This document shows, one piece after another, positions 47,159 to 58,059 of a stretch of DNA of 64,000 bases (position 1 is the stretch's first letter; every line of letters begins with the position of its first letter). The position numbers and the translations under genes were made by a program. Under the pieces are notes generated by a model that searched no databases, was not told where the DNA came from, and saw only the letters and a program-made list of their open reading frames with translations. Origin of the DNA: a virus; IMG/VR virus record IMGVR_UViG_3300032897_000002, positions 1-64,000 of that record, one strand, 5' to 3'.

Positions 47159-48097
47159 ATGACCTGTCACAACTGCAATTCCCGCTGCAAAGAATTTGGA
47201 CGCCACCGCAACGGCCTTCAGCGCTTCCGCTGTAAGCAATGCCGCAAAACCTTTACCGAAGATCACGCCACGCCGCTGGGTGGCATGTATACGCGCCTGG
47301 AGGATGCGGCCAGGGTCATAGAACTTTTGACTGAGGGTTGCTCCGTCAGTAGCACCGAGCGCCTGAGTGGCATTCACCACACCACAATTTTGTCTTTGCT
47401 GGCACTGATGGGAGATAAGTGTGAACGGCTCTTGGAGAACCGGATTACCCGTCTCCCGGTATCCGATGTGCAAGTTGACGAGATATGGGGTTTTGTCGGC
47501 TGCAAAGAGCGCCGGAACGTGAACGGCGATCCGCTGCGCGGGGATGCCTATTGCTTTATCGGCGTTGAGCGTAACACCAAGCTCGTTCTGGCTTGGCACC
47601 TCGGAAGGCGAAGCGCCCGCGATACCCTGGCCTTTACCGAAAAGCTGGAGGGCGCCACGGCGGGACACTTCCAGATTACCACCGATGGCTTTAAGCCCTA
47701 CTTTGACGCTATCCACACTTGCCTTGGCACCCGCGTTGACTACGGGCAGCTTATCAAGACCTTCGCCGGCACCACCGACGAAGAACACCGTTATTCGCCA
47801 CCACAGGTGGTGGACATAACGATTAAACCGATGTGGGGCCAGCCTGACCTTGGCCGTATTTGTACCTCGCATGTCGAGCGCAACAACTTGTCTATTCGCA
47901 TGGGGATGCGGCGAATGACCCGGCTCACCAATGCCTTCAGCAAGAAATGGGCAAACCGCAAGGCCGCTTATGCTGTGTGGTTCGCGTTCTATAACTTCTG
48001 CCGTGTTCATTGCACCCTTCGCGTTACGCCCGCCATGGCCGCTGGCATCACTGACCATATCTGGCCGGTCAGGGAACTTGTGGAGGCCGCCGCATGA
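47159..48097 (+). CDS. IS1-family-like transposase (Zn ribbon-HTH-DDE in one frame)
   Basis: CHNC...QRFRCKQCRKTF; VQVDEIWGFV, QITTDG, CTSHVERNNLSIRMGMRRMTRLTNAFSKK. Confidence 0.9.
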   Translation: MTCHNCNSRCKEFGRHRNGLQRFRCKQCRKTFTEDHATPLGGMYTRLEDAARVIELLTEGCSVSSTERLSGIHHTTILSLLALMGDKCERLLENRITRLPVSDVQVDEIWGFVGCKERRNVNGDPLRGDAYCFIGVERNTKLVLAWHLGRRSARDTLAFTEKLEGATAGHFQITTDGFKPYFDAIHTCLGTRVDYGQLIKTFAGTTDEEHRYSPPQVVDITIKPMWGQPDLGRICTSHVERNNLSIRMGMRRMTRLTNAFSKKWANRKAAYAVWFAFYNFCRVHCTLRVTPAMAAGITDHIWPVRELVEAAA

Positions 48098-48186
48098 TGA
48101 CCTTCGGATGTTGGCCGATCTGGCTCAGACCCCCACCATTTAAGCCAGCCCTCCCGGCTGGCTTTTGGTATTATTAGCACGTCTTT

Positions 48187-49074
48187 ATGCGCCCAGTACT
48201 GAAGTGTATTACCGTGGTCGTCGTCTTGGCATCGGTAGGGTTTGTCTGCGCTCAGGGCACGCCAGAAAAGGGGATCGTTAAAGACAACAGTGGTCTCCAT
48301 ACCGAGATATCCACAGACTCCGAGAAGGATAAAGACCGCACCCAGAATGTAACGGTGGTCGTAAACCCAGAACATCCCCAAAACCTGAAATCCAATGCAA
48401 AAGAGACCGACGAAGATATAGACACACAAAGGAATCTTGTCCGCTTCACAAAGTTGCTTGTTGTCGTCGGCGTTATTCAATCCGTTATTTTGGCTATTAC
48501 CGGCCTTATTCTCGGCCTCCAGATTTTCGCTATGATATCCAGCGAACGCGCTTGGCTCTCGGTCAAAAGGGTCGGCAATCCGCCAGAGGATTGGCTTAAT
48601 CGCGTTAAGTCGAGTTATGTGGTTGGCGTCATACTGGAATTTAGTGTATTCGGGAAAACTCCAGCTAGAATAACCGAGGCGCGTTTTGCGCTCCGGCTTA
48701 TTCCAACGAAGAATAACTCTCGACGCCGCGAGCCCGACCTTCCCGAAAATCCAAACTACGCAGGCATAACCGGACTCGAAATTACGGGTAAGAATACGAT
48801 TGTTATTGCTCCCGGCGGCGATTTCAGAATCCAAGAGTTTCTTTCCCCACCCCCCAAGCCGGAGGATTTGGAAGAAACGAGGGACGGCAAGAAAGTATTG
48901 TGTGTCTATGGGTTTATCAAGTACAAGGATGCATTCGGGAGAGGCAGAGAAACAAGGGCGTGCTTCGTTTATGACTTTTCGTTCGGGGGCATACTCAGAA
49001 GCCCCGATGGGATAGTGCTTAATCCGGCTGGCTTCCGCCCAGGGGGTTCGGCAGCCTACAATCAAGCAACCTAA
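48187..49074 (+). CDS. Membrane-anchored hypothetical protein (probable cargo)
   Basis: Signal peptide, one TM helix followed by ERAWL, then a beta-rich domain. Confidence 0.65.
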   Translation: MRPVLKCITVVVVLASVGFVCAQGTPEKGIVKDNSGLHTEISTDSEKDKDRTQNVTVVVNPEHPQNLKSNAKETDEDIDTQRNLVRFTKLLVVVGVIQSVILAITGLILGLQIFAMISSERAWLSVKRVGNPPEDWLNRVKSSYVVGVILEFSVFGKTPARITEARFALRLIPTKNNSRRREPDLPENPNYAGITGLEITGKNTIVIAPGGDFRIQEFLSPPPKPEDLEETRDGKKVLCVYGFIKYKDAFGRGRETRACFVYDFSFGGILRSPDGIVLNPAGFRPGGSAAYNQAT

Positions 49075-49719
49075 CAGCAAGCTCAACGAAATACGTCTCG
49101 GGCAGATTCCACCCAAACATCAACTCAATCGCCCTTTTAGCTAGGATGGGGCAGTGTATTTGGATGGCTTCAACCACAGTTCAAAGTTAAATGAACGCCA
49201 GAATTGTGCGGGGGTCCGGAAGTTGGCTCCCATCCCCAAATTACCTAGCAACGCACTCTTAGCCGAGCACCCTCGGGTTGGCTGATGTCATCCATGCCCC
49301 GAATCTAAAGCAGCCAGAATCCGTTGTCAAGCCCAAAGTGACAAACCACGTCCATGCCATCGACACGATTTGTCATCTTTTAACATTTCGATGGGTTTTA
49401 GAGCAATTCCAGTGCCAATGCAAACCAGCAAACCCCACACCCTCATTAGCTTACAAACCCATCGAATTTAACTCCTTTCTCGTCTTATGGAACCCAGCTT
49501 GCACTAGACTATGGCATGACCCAGCGAGACAAACTCGAAAGGCTTGATAAGCGGATAGCAACCCTACTCAAGCGTACTCAAGCTAAAGGACTTGCACCGC
49601 TGAAACAGTGCTACACTCTGCACGATGAGATTGCAGACCTGCGAGCCCGGAGAGTTGCGCTGGTGTCCGGTATGACAAAAAAGGTCAGCCGAATCTAATT
49701 CTCTTGGAGGGATGAGTCA

Positions 49720-50076
49720 ATGAGAGACACAGACAGAGCCGCAAAGGACGCGGCTAAACTTGAATCGCGCAGCTATCAGGAAATCGCCCACTTTGCGAAC
49801 GAGTTAAGCCACTACATCACCGACCTGGAATTTGCCGCCGAATATGAAGCCCGCGCCCAGGTGGCAACAGACGGCAATGTGAGCGGACTTGAGGCAATCG
49901 TCCACTGCCTCATGAACCGCCTTGAATACGCCGGGTTGGTTCCACATTCCGCCACGCCCGAACTCCTGGCAGCGTGCAAAGAGGCACACAAGTATTTTGT
50001 GAACATGCCTGGCAACCTCGAAAACGGATTGAGAGAAATGCTTGGCTCCGCCATTGCCAAGGCCGAAGCCCGCTAG
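49720..50076 (+). CDS. Early-region hypothetical protein
   Basis: GGAGG RBS; 'ATPELLAACK...AIAKAE' phage motif. Confidence 0.6.
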   Translation: MRDTDRAAKDAAKLESRSYQEIAHFANELSHYITDLEFAAEYEARAQVATDGNVSGLEAIVHCLMNRLEYAGLVPHSATPELLAACKEAHKYFVNMPGNLENGLREMLGSAIAKAEAR

Positions 50077-51022
50077 TCCGCCGGTCACGGGTCGGCGGTC
50101 CGACTCGTGAGCGATGGGCTAGAAAAGAGCCGCAAGGCGGCAGGAGGAACCCAAAATGACGGTCATTGTCCACGCTGAAAATACGACGCTGGCAGGTCAA
50201 CGGTGCTGGAAAGACATCGAAGACCTTACGCTGCTTGATGACGTAGCCATTTACGAGGGAACGCCCGAAGAACTGCGTCAGGTTGCCAACCACTTGCGCA
50301 AAACTGATGGAGCACTAGGACGGGCCAATGCGTACCGCGACCGCGTTGCTGCCACCATCGAAAGCGCGTTGTCTTACGAAAGCTAATCCCAAGGGGTGGG
50401 CAACCCCGCAGAGAGGAACGAACCATGACCACCCTACAGCAATTAGAAGCGCTCGAAGCAGCGGCCAACATCATACTGGATTGCCGTATCAAGTGCGCCT
50501 CCTCCGCTGGACCGCTGGCTTTTCTGCGCGATGCTTCAAAGTATCTCGAAGCCGAGTCACGCCGGCTCTTCGCCACCCTTGACCCGGAGGCGCCCGCCAA
50601 TGCCTGACGACTACACCATAACGCTCTCGCTCTGGGAGGATTTGAGAACGGGAGACTTCGGCTTCTCGGTCTGGGATGAGCGCCAGCCGCAGGAGTGCGA
50701 GGCGTACCAAACGGGTACTAAATCTGTGAAGATGGAGGACTGAGAAATGTTTGACCCAAATCCAGAGACACGCAACCCCTTGAAGTTCTCAGATGTTGCC
50801 TTCGCGTGCTCGCTTCACTGGTGCATAACCGAAAAAGCCGCACTGGCGTACTTACAGCGCAACTTTGCGACACCGCGAGAAGCGTTGCACCACCTCAAGG
50901 ATAATCTCAGTTCCGCACCCAACGCTTTTTGGGAACAACTGTAGCCCTTTCCGACCTCGGCGGGAGCCGTGCGGGGGCTCCCAGCGAGGCCAGAATAGAA
51001 CGGCTTCTAAAGGGATGAGAAA

Positions 51023-51964
51023 ATGAGATTCAAGCCAACGAGATGGGTACCGAAAGACTCCGAGACCTTCAACCACCCGGACGGCTTAGGGGTTTGCTAC
51101 CTCTACCCGCTGCGCGATGGGGCGGGGTTGGTCGGCTACGGTGGCAAGCGCAATAACCATGACTTTCACTTCTCGTACAAGAGCCGCGAGAAGGCCTTGG
51201 AGAAGATCAAGGAATACTTCGACAGCCTGTCCGCCTCCGCGAAGTACAAGGCCGACCGCCGCGAGGAGCTACGCAACCGGCAGCCCGACCCGAGCAACCC
51301 CAGCCTAGCCGAGACGGCACAACTGGTTCGTGAGTGCCTCGCGCAAGCCTTCCCGCGTACTAAGTTTTCGGTGCGGTCCGAGTCCTATTCAATGGGGTGC
51401 AGCATTGATGTCTGCTGGACGGACGGCCCGACCGCCAGCCAGGTTAACCCGATCTTGAACGCCTTCGAGCGTTGCGGCTTCGATGGAATGCAGGACCTCA
51501 AAACGTACAACGGCCCGTCCATCTACAAGGGCCGGGTGATGCACTTCGGGGCCGACTACGTACAAGGACAGCGAACCGAGTCCGCCGAACTGCTGCGCGA
51601 GGCCGCCTTGACGGTGGCTTTCGAGTGCGACCTGCCCTTGCTGGTCCTTGGCCCTAACGGTTGCTTCGAGGACGGACAGCACCGCGTTGACTGGGTGACG
51701 TACAAGAAAGATGACGGCTCGGTCGGCTTGTCGCATTGCAGCTGGCGCGGGGAGAACTACGCGCAGTTGATCTACCAAGTGGCGCGGGGCACCTCGAAGG
51801 AAGAAACACAGCCCGGCGTTGAACTGCCGCACCTTCAGGCGAAGGAAGAGAAACCGGCCAGCGATAACGCACGGCTGGCGGGCGCAATCTGGGGCGAGGA
51901 CTCCAAGCAGGCGCGGGAGTTTGAAGCCATCGCCTCGCAGGAGCCCAGCCGCATGGTGAATTGA
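51023..51964 (+). CDS. LPD29 domain-containing protein
   Basis: ETAQLVRECLAQAFPRTKFSVRS..YSMG.SIDV.WTDGP...FDGMQD. Confidence 0.8.
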   Translation: MRFKPTRWVPKDSETFNHPDGLGVCYLYPLRDGAGLVGYGGKRNNHDFHFSYKSREKALEKIKEYFDSLSASAKYKADRREELRNRQPDPSNPSLAETAQLVRECLAQAFPRTKFSVRSESYSMGCSIDVCWTDGPTASQVNPILNAFERCGFDGMQDLKTYNGPSIYKGRVMHFGADYVQGQRTESAELLREAALTVAFECDLPLLVLGPNGCFEDGQHRVDWVTYKKDDGSVGLSHCSWRGENYAQLIYQVARGTSKEETQPGVELPHLQAKEEKPASDNARLAGAIWGEDSKQAREFEAIASQEPSRMVN

Positions 51965-53130
51965 GGGTTTGCCGACCCCGTGACTCATCCCGCGAGGTTG
52001 GCCGGTGGGGGCATCGGGGACCAAGGCTCGATGTTCCCCCGAGCAACTTTGAGGGAGGCGAATAACATGAACACACCAGGACAGGAAGGAATCGAGGCAG
52101 CTAAGGCAGACGACGCGGTGCGCAAGATGCGAGACGCCTGCTTCCACGACATGCTTGAATTGGTCAAGCGGTGCGCCAATGACGACGCAGCCAAGATCAA
52201 CGGGAGAACCGCGCTTCTCGTTCTGCGCGATTGCATTCTGGAATCCGGCCCGCAGGGGTTTGGCTTGAACCTAGACGCCGAGCCAGACCCTCGCGAAGCG
52301 CTGATTAAGGAACTCACCGACGCACTTAAAGGGATTGCAAGCCTTTGGCCCGAACAGACCGCTGCGCCCATCAACCCGGAATGGGTTGGACCCAATGACG
52401 GCAAAATGCGGGCGATTCTGCTTGAGGCGGCGATTATAAGCGCCCGCGCTGCTCTCACCAAGGCCGCCGAATTCAAAGAGAAAGCGGGGACCGGAAAATG
52501 AGCACCTACTACCTAACCGAAGAAGGCGAGATTAACCTGGCCATCATCAACCGCGAGCAACGGCGCATCGAAACCCAGCGGGCTTGGTTGCGCGGCTACG
52601 GCTGGGGATTCGCGGCTGGCATCGCGTTGACGTGCCTGCTGTTCTTTTTGTGGTTGAACTAAGGAGCCGCCATGCCTGAAAAAGTTCAGCGCATCATCGA
52701 CGCCTTCCGAGCTACGCATCCCACCGCGACCGACATTCGTGTATCATGCGTGACGAGGAAGGCGGTCTTTCTAAAGTTTCACACCCCAGTCTTAGGACCC
52801 GCTGGGGTGTATGTTGGAAGGTTCGAGAAGAAGCAAAAAGGAGGTGAGGCTATCATGGCGCACCCCGACGAAAGCCGGGCAGCTAGGCGCTAGTCCCGCG
52901 CCCAGGCTCCCACAAAGGGACCGGGGGTCTGGGCGAGTGATTGGAGGACGTATGAAATCAAACAGGCCCGTTAAGCTGCGAGACAAGGACACCATCAAGC
53001 ACCGCGATGGGGAACGGATAAGCGTCTGGGTAAAAGAGTGGCCTTGCGGCTGCGTCTATTCCTGTTCGAGCCAGGACTTCCTTGCTTTGTGCGAGCAGCA
53101 CGAAGCCGTTTTGAAATCAGGGAGGCAGCC

Positions 53131-53925
53131 GTGAAACGGATCAAGGCGAGCTACCATGTCGAAGAATCCAACGAATACTTTTGCAAGAAATGCGCCAAGC
53201 GCTACAAGGCTACGGAAATCCAGATCGACGTTGACAAAGGGCGCATGTTGGCGTGGTGGTGCCCGAAAAATCACCCGGTAAAACTCATCGGCAAAACAGC
53301 CTTGCCCTGTCCGATGTGCGGAGCGACATACAAAAACTATGCGGGCGAAGCAAAGCCGTTTCGTGAGGAAGGAAGACCCTGCGACTCTTGTATGTCGGAA
53401 TATGAACGCATGAAAAAAGCCGTCGCGGCACTGGAGAAGGAAACGGCTGGCATGGAAATACGTGCAGTTCCAGCCTGGGTATCAATGCCGACGCCTGCGT
53501 TTTCTGAAATTGAATTGGGGCACCTCTTCCTTAAACTTGTCCTACTTGTTGGAGTGCCCTCTGCGTCCTCGAAAGAATATAACACGCCAAAGATTCCCAC
53601 TCCTTATCACGCCGATGGCGCTGGGCCAGTCTACGAGGTAAGAAAATATAGCCCTGAGCAAATCGACGCCATTCAAAAACTGTATGACGGGATTGTAGAG
53701 GTCATCCGGCTCACAAAAGAGGAAGGGCGTAGCGAAGGAGAGCAATTTATTACCCGTCTGGCCGCCGGGGAAATCAGCGTGGAATCTATGAACAAACACG
53801 CACTCAATAACTACCACGCCGATAAGGTGCAAGAGGTATTTGAACTGGCAACTTCAGGAAGGCAGCTAAAAAAGGATGAAGAGTGGAAGCTGAAACGAGA
53901 AATTAGTTCAGCGCTTCAGCGCTAG
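53131..53925 (+). CDS. Zinc-finger-containing hypothetical protein
   Basis: GTG after GGGAGG; several CxxC pairs. Confidence 0.55.
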   Translation: MKRIKASYHVEESNEYFCKKCAKRYKATEIQIDVDKGRMLAWWCPKNHPVKLIGKTALPCPMCGATYKNYAGEAKPFREEGRPCDSCMSEYERMKKAVAALEKETAGMEIRAVPAWVSMPTPAFSEIELGHLFLKLVLLVGVPSASSKEYNTPKIPTPYHADGAGPVYEVRKYSPEQIDAIQKLYDGIVEVIRLTKEEGRSEGEQFITRLAAGEISVESMNKHALNNYHADKVQEVFELATSGRQLKKDEEWKLKREISSALQR

Positions 53926-54129
53926 GGAGGCAACCATGCTCTATGATTCCTTGGACGACTACGAGGCCGAGAACCCCACCCCCGCCGAGTTTCACCGCAT
54001 GGAGGAACTCAGCATCAACGATTATTTGGAGATTTTCGCCATCATCCACGATTCACGCGACAACATGGGACTGGCGGGCTTCCGGCCGATCACGTTGCAG
54101 CCTTCCGCGACTGACCAACGGAGGAAATC

Positions 54130-54552
54130 ATGCGACCCGCAATCTTAATCCTTTTGCTGTCCTGTGCGCTGCACGGCCAAGTCCGGCCCGCCGCGTTCAG
54201 CACGACCCCGCCCGCGCATGTCACCACTGACAAAGCCTTCTGGCGCCTTGTGGCGGCCGATATTGCGCTGAATAGTGTGGACGTGGCGACGAGCCTGTAC
54301 GACTTCCACGCAATCCACGCCGGAGAATCTAACCCGCTATTCGGGCATCACCCCTCGACGGCGCGGTTCTCAGTGCAGTACGCCGCGATGTCGGTTGGCT
54401 ATATCTGGCTTGCGCACCGGCTCGACAAGCGGCGCCCGCGAGCGGCCCGCATGATGCTGCTTATTGATATCGGCATTGAAGTTGACTGTGTCCAGAACAA
54501 CATCCGCCTGATGCAATACGTTCCCACCCCCCCGCGTTTACCTCGCGGGTAA
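54130..54552 (+). CDS. Signal peptide/membrane protein
   Basis: Hydrophobic N-terminus; D..TS...GESNPLFG motif. Confidence 0.6.
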   Translation: MRPAILILLLSCALHGQVRPAAFSTTPPAHVTTDKAFWRLVAADIALNSVDVATSLYDFHAIHAGESNPLFGHHPSTARFSVQYAAMSVGYIWLAHRLDKRRPRAARMMLLIDIGIEVDCVQNNIRLMQYVPTPPRLPRG

Positions 54553-54564
54553 GCCCACCAACAC

Positions 54565-54594
54565 AAAAGGGGCAGGTTTTCCCCGCCTGCCCCT
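54565..54594 (-). terminator. Terminator at the convergence of plus and minus transcription
   Basis: AGGGGCAGG/CCTGCCCCT hairpin followed by UUU on the minus strand. Confidence 0.55.
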
Positions 54595-54843
54595 CCCACC
54601 TTGGCTATTGAGTTTCGATTGGAGTTTCCTCGACCTCGCGGTAGACCAGCCGGCCGCTGGGAAGTTCGTCAATCAACTGGAACATGAACACGGCGCCCTC
54701 GGGGGTATCGAGCCGATAGGCGTCTCCAACCGGCTTACCCCGTTCCATCGGAGCGACTAAAACGGCCCCGTTTTGAAATCTCAGCAGCGCGTCCATGATC
54801 GTCAACTTCCACGGGTTAAATGTGCATGATTAGAAATGGGTTG

Positions 54844-56151
54844 TCAAGGGATTTGTGTTGTCTCAATGGCCGCAAAACGCATGGTCGAGATGTTGAATAG
54901 GCAATCAATGTGCCCGATGCTGCCGTTACGATTTTTTAGGATGTATATCTTGGCCTGGGTCTGGTCCCCTTCGAGATCACGCACAAATGGACGGTCGATG
55001 AAAAGAATCGTGCTGGCATCATTGGCCTTTGCACTGCCACCGAACAGCCGGTGACGACTTGGCTTGTCGGCCCGTTCGCCTTGTTGCAACTTGCGGACCT
55101 GAGAGAGTAGAAATACCGGGATGTGGTTGCCCATCGCGACTGACTTACACGCCCTCGCGACGGTGTTCTGTTTCTCAAATTCCGTCTTTCCGGGTGCGTC
55201 CACCAATTCGTCATAATCGACCATCATAAATCCTAGGTTCTTCCGGCGACGGATTTCCATAGCGGCTGACGTTACCCTGGACACGCTCAGGTTGCCAGAC
55301 AGCACCGAGCACTTATCGCATTCTCCCGCAGCGAAATCCAGCACCAGATTGAAGTCTGTCTTTTCCATTTCCCACGGGTTTCTGAATTTTCGTAGCGGAA
55401 TCCCGGTTCGACTCGCGGCTTCGCGTGCCGATAGCTGCTCTCCGTCCATCTCTCCCGAGCAATATAGGCCGTGGATACCGCGCTTACACGCGGCCCGCCG
55501 AATCTGCCTGGCAAATACGGTTTTCCCTACGCCCGTTTCGGCTCCGATGATGACAAGTTCTCCCGACCTGAATCCTCCCAACTCCGCATCCAGCTTTTCG
55601 ATTCCGGTCACCACCACGGCGCGGCTCTGGGACTCCAAGGATGCCGCCATTTCGATGGCGTTATCCCGCTCCGCAGCCGTCGAATGGTCCGATAGAAGAT
55701 CGCTTTCCAACTCGCGCAGAAATTTTATCGTTCCCTCTGCGATGTCAGCCGGGTCATCGGTGGCAAGTGAAGCTCTGGCGATTATCGCCATTCCCGCCTT
55801 TATCATGCCCCTCAGCATCGCATAGCGCTTCAGGATGCAGCAGTCTCCGTGGTAGTCGGCCGAACAGTTCCCAAAATCCGTGAGGCTTTCCATAAAGACC
55901 GGACCGCCGCACTTTTCCATGAGTCCGCTTGCCGTGATCCTCTCGCAGAGCTTCGGCATGTCGATAACGGTTCCCTCTTCGACCATGCTTCGAATTGCCT
56001 CAAAAATCAACTTGTGCTTGTCGGAGTAAAAATGCTCGGGCTTTACCAGCGAGCAAATTTCCTGCACCGCTTCCTGGTTCGTTCCGACCGCGCACAGAGA
56101 GAGAATGGCTAATTCAATTTCTTTCGACCACGGCATGTTCTGGGGAATCAC
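54844..56151 (-). CDS. dnaB: Replicative DNA helicase
   Basis: N-terminal P.S.E.E..IL...PEHFY...H..IF; Walker A GAETGVGKT; VDY; LSQ; KNRNG. Confidence 0.92.
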   Translation of the reverse strand: MIPQNMPWSKEIELAILSLCAVGTNQEAVQEICSLVKPEHFYSDKHKLIFEAIRSMVEEGTVIDMPKLCERITASGLMEKCGGPVFMESLTDFGNCSADYHGDCCILKRYAMLRGMIKAGMAIIARASLATDDPADIAEGTIKFLRELESDLLSDHSTAAERDNAIEMAASLESQSRAVVVTGIEKLDAELGGFRSGELVIIGAETGVGKTVFARQIRRAACKRGIHGLYCSGEMDGEQLSAREAASRTGIPLRKFRNPWEMEKTDFNLVLDFAAGECDKCSVLSGNLSVSRVTSAAMEIRRRKNLGFMMVDYDELVDAPGKTEFEKQNTVARACKSVAMGNHIPVFLLSQVRKLQQGERADKPSRHRLFGGSAKANDASTILFIDRPFVRDLEGDQTQAKIYILKNRNGSIGHIDCLFNISTMRFAAIETTQIP

Positions 56152-56161
56152 GATTACTCTC

Positions 56162-56710
56162 CTAGCTAATTTTACGGAATATCCCAGTTGCTTTAGAGGA
56201 ATTCAAATCCGATTTACGATCCCCTCCCGAGCCTAAGCCTAAGCCTAAGCCTAAGCCTAAGCCTAGGCAACCATTGGTTTCCTTTTGGTTAGCCAATGGG
56301 TAGCCGTTAGAGATGTGGTGGCTGTCCATAAATTTCCTTAACTCATCGACTGGTGGGGCAGGCCCAAGTTTTTCATGCCTTTCTTTGTCGCTAATCCTGC
56401 TTGCTGGCGGAAGCCTGCCTGGTTTGTTGATATTCGTCCAAAATCCATAATGATGCTCATCCACTGTGTACCGAAACAGAAGACCAGAAGATTCGAAACA
56501 ATTAAGCATTTCAACAATAAATTCAACCGTTACTTCCGGCAAAAGTAGGCTGTACCTTGTGGACCAGATGATCTCGGGATCACACTCGAAGACCCCGTTA
56601 GCCAAGGCAAGCGTCAGTAGGTAGGGGTAATGAAGTCTGTATATTGGGGGGACTTTGCGGAGGGTTTTACTTGTGGCAATTGCCTCGCCATCAACGATTC
56701 TTTTGGGCAT
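56162..56710 (-). CDS. Putative phage replication initiator protein
   Basis: MPKRIVDG N-terminal wHTH-type pattern, immediately upstream of dnaB, internal repeats. Confidence 0.65.
   Translation of the reverse strand: MPKRIVDGEAIATSKTLRKVPPIYRLHYPYLLTLALANGVFECDPEIIWSTRYSLLLPEVTVEFIVEMLNCFESSGLLFRYTVDEHHYGFWTNINKPGRLPPASRISDKERHEKLGPAPPVDELRKFMDSHHISNGYPLANQKETNGCLGLGLGLGLGLGSGGDRKSDLNSSKATGIFRKIS
56231..56314. repeat. (GCCTAA)x5 plus 11-bp-period degenerate iteron-like repeats; candidate origin
   Basis: ccattggtttc / cttttggttag / ccaatgggtag / ccgttagagat inside the initiator gene. Confidence 0.55.
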
Positions 56711-56813
56711 CCGCTCCTCCTACAGAGCGTGGGGCGGGGTAGGAGGCCCGCCCCGTGATCTCTCAGTACGGGAAGCTAACCCGAACCGGCCAACGGTGGA
56801 CGCAGGCACGACC

Positions 56814-56843
56814 ATTTTAGGAAGCCGAAGTTGGAATTGTCAA
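56814..56843 (-). promoter_or_regulatory. Sigma70 promoter of the rep-dnaB operon
   Basis: TTGACA-18 nt-TAAAAT. Confidence 0.65.
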
Positions 56844-57929
56844 CCGGATTTTCAAACCTCCCCCTGCACGCACGAGCACAATACCGGGCCTCCTTCCGCG
56901 TCCCATCCGATGACTGCGAGGCAGCCAAGCCCGACCATGTGGTAGGCCAGAAACTCATGGGGGCAGTAGGGGCAATCTCGGGGAAGAACAGCAGCCGGCG
57001 GGGTTGGCGGAGCCTGGGGCACGGGTCGGCGGAAATCGAGGGGTAGTTGGCGCATCAGAGCCAGGATACCAGCCGCACTACCGCCATAGCGATTTTGTAG
57101 ATGCCGTACCACAGCAGCACACAGAGAGTGATGGCGACCACGAAAACGATCACGCAGGATAGGTCCTCAGTGCGGGGTTTCATGGGGCTCCTTCAGCGCG
57201 GCAATGTGATCTCGCATTGCAGTAGAGTTCCACGGGTTCATACCCGATTCTTCCGCCTCTTTCATAAACCACTCCGCTTCCTTCAGCCGTATCTCACGAT
57301 CATGGTCCTCCAAGCCAGCTATGGCGACTTCATAACCTACCCTGAAACTCTTGGTCTCGACCGCCAATGGACCATGGATTCGTTGAATAATTGAGAGTGC
57401 CATTTCTTGTGCCAATTCCTGATCCTTCGTCATTTTCCCCTCTTCAACTCGGCAAGCGTTTTCTCCAGACATCGCGGGTCCGACGAGAGCATGATGCGCT
57501 CCAGTAGGGCGATCTGCAAGGCGCGATCATGCTCCTCCAGGGCGTCGGTGGGCGGGAGGGATCGGATAGCCTGAATTGCATCCCCGAACGTGACGTAGCA
57601 ATCATCAACCGGAAGTCCTTCGCTACCCCTTTCAAGTTCCTTTATCGCTCCGCAGCATCTCTCCCTCTCCGTTGCGAGCATGGCGGGGAGGTCCGATAGG
57701 GCGGCTTCAACCGCTTTCCGCGCATAGTCTCGTGCTACATGGCCGACTGTAAACTGCGCGTTATCGGCGGCGCAATTCTCAGCGTCCCACTTATCAAACC
57801 ACTGCGTTTGCTCGGGTGTCATTTAATCCTCCGAATTCTTATAATCATCCACGCGGCCCATACCCAGCACGCCAGCATGGCCACGGAAGCTAGGATTATA
57901 GGGGTCATGGCTTCCTCCTCTCGCACTCT

Positions 57930-58059
57930 GGTCAAATCAACTTAGCTGCGCTGGCCGGACTCCGCGTGGCATTTGCCGCGCCTTAGAATCCGCTCGTTGG
58001 AAGGCGGCTCATAGAGCCGTTCCGTGAAGCGTTCACGCCGCAGCGCAGCTAGCTTGACT
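57930..58059. ncRNA. Intergenic multibranch structured element (unassigned)
   Basis: GGTCAA/TTGACT and a perfect TAGCTGCGCTG/CAGCGCAGCTA stem enclosing three hairpins. Confidence 0.45.

Noticed and set aside
46583-49116. Long minus-strand ORFs 46583..48058 and 48007..49116
   Set aside because: Antisense shadows of the transposase and membrane-protein genes, with no recognisable motifs.
56231-56266. Telomere-like (TTAGGC)n repeat
   Set aside because: Only 5-6 copies, in frame as a Leu-Gly linker inside a coding sequence.
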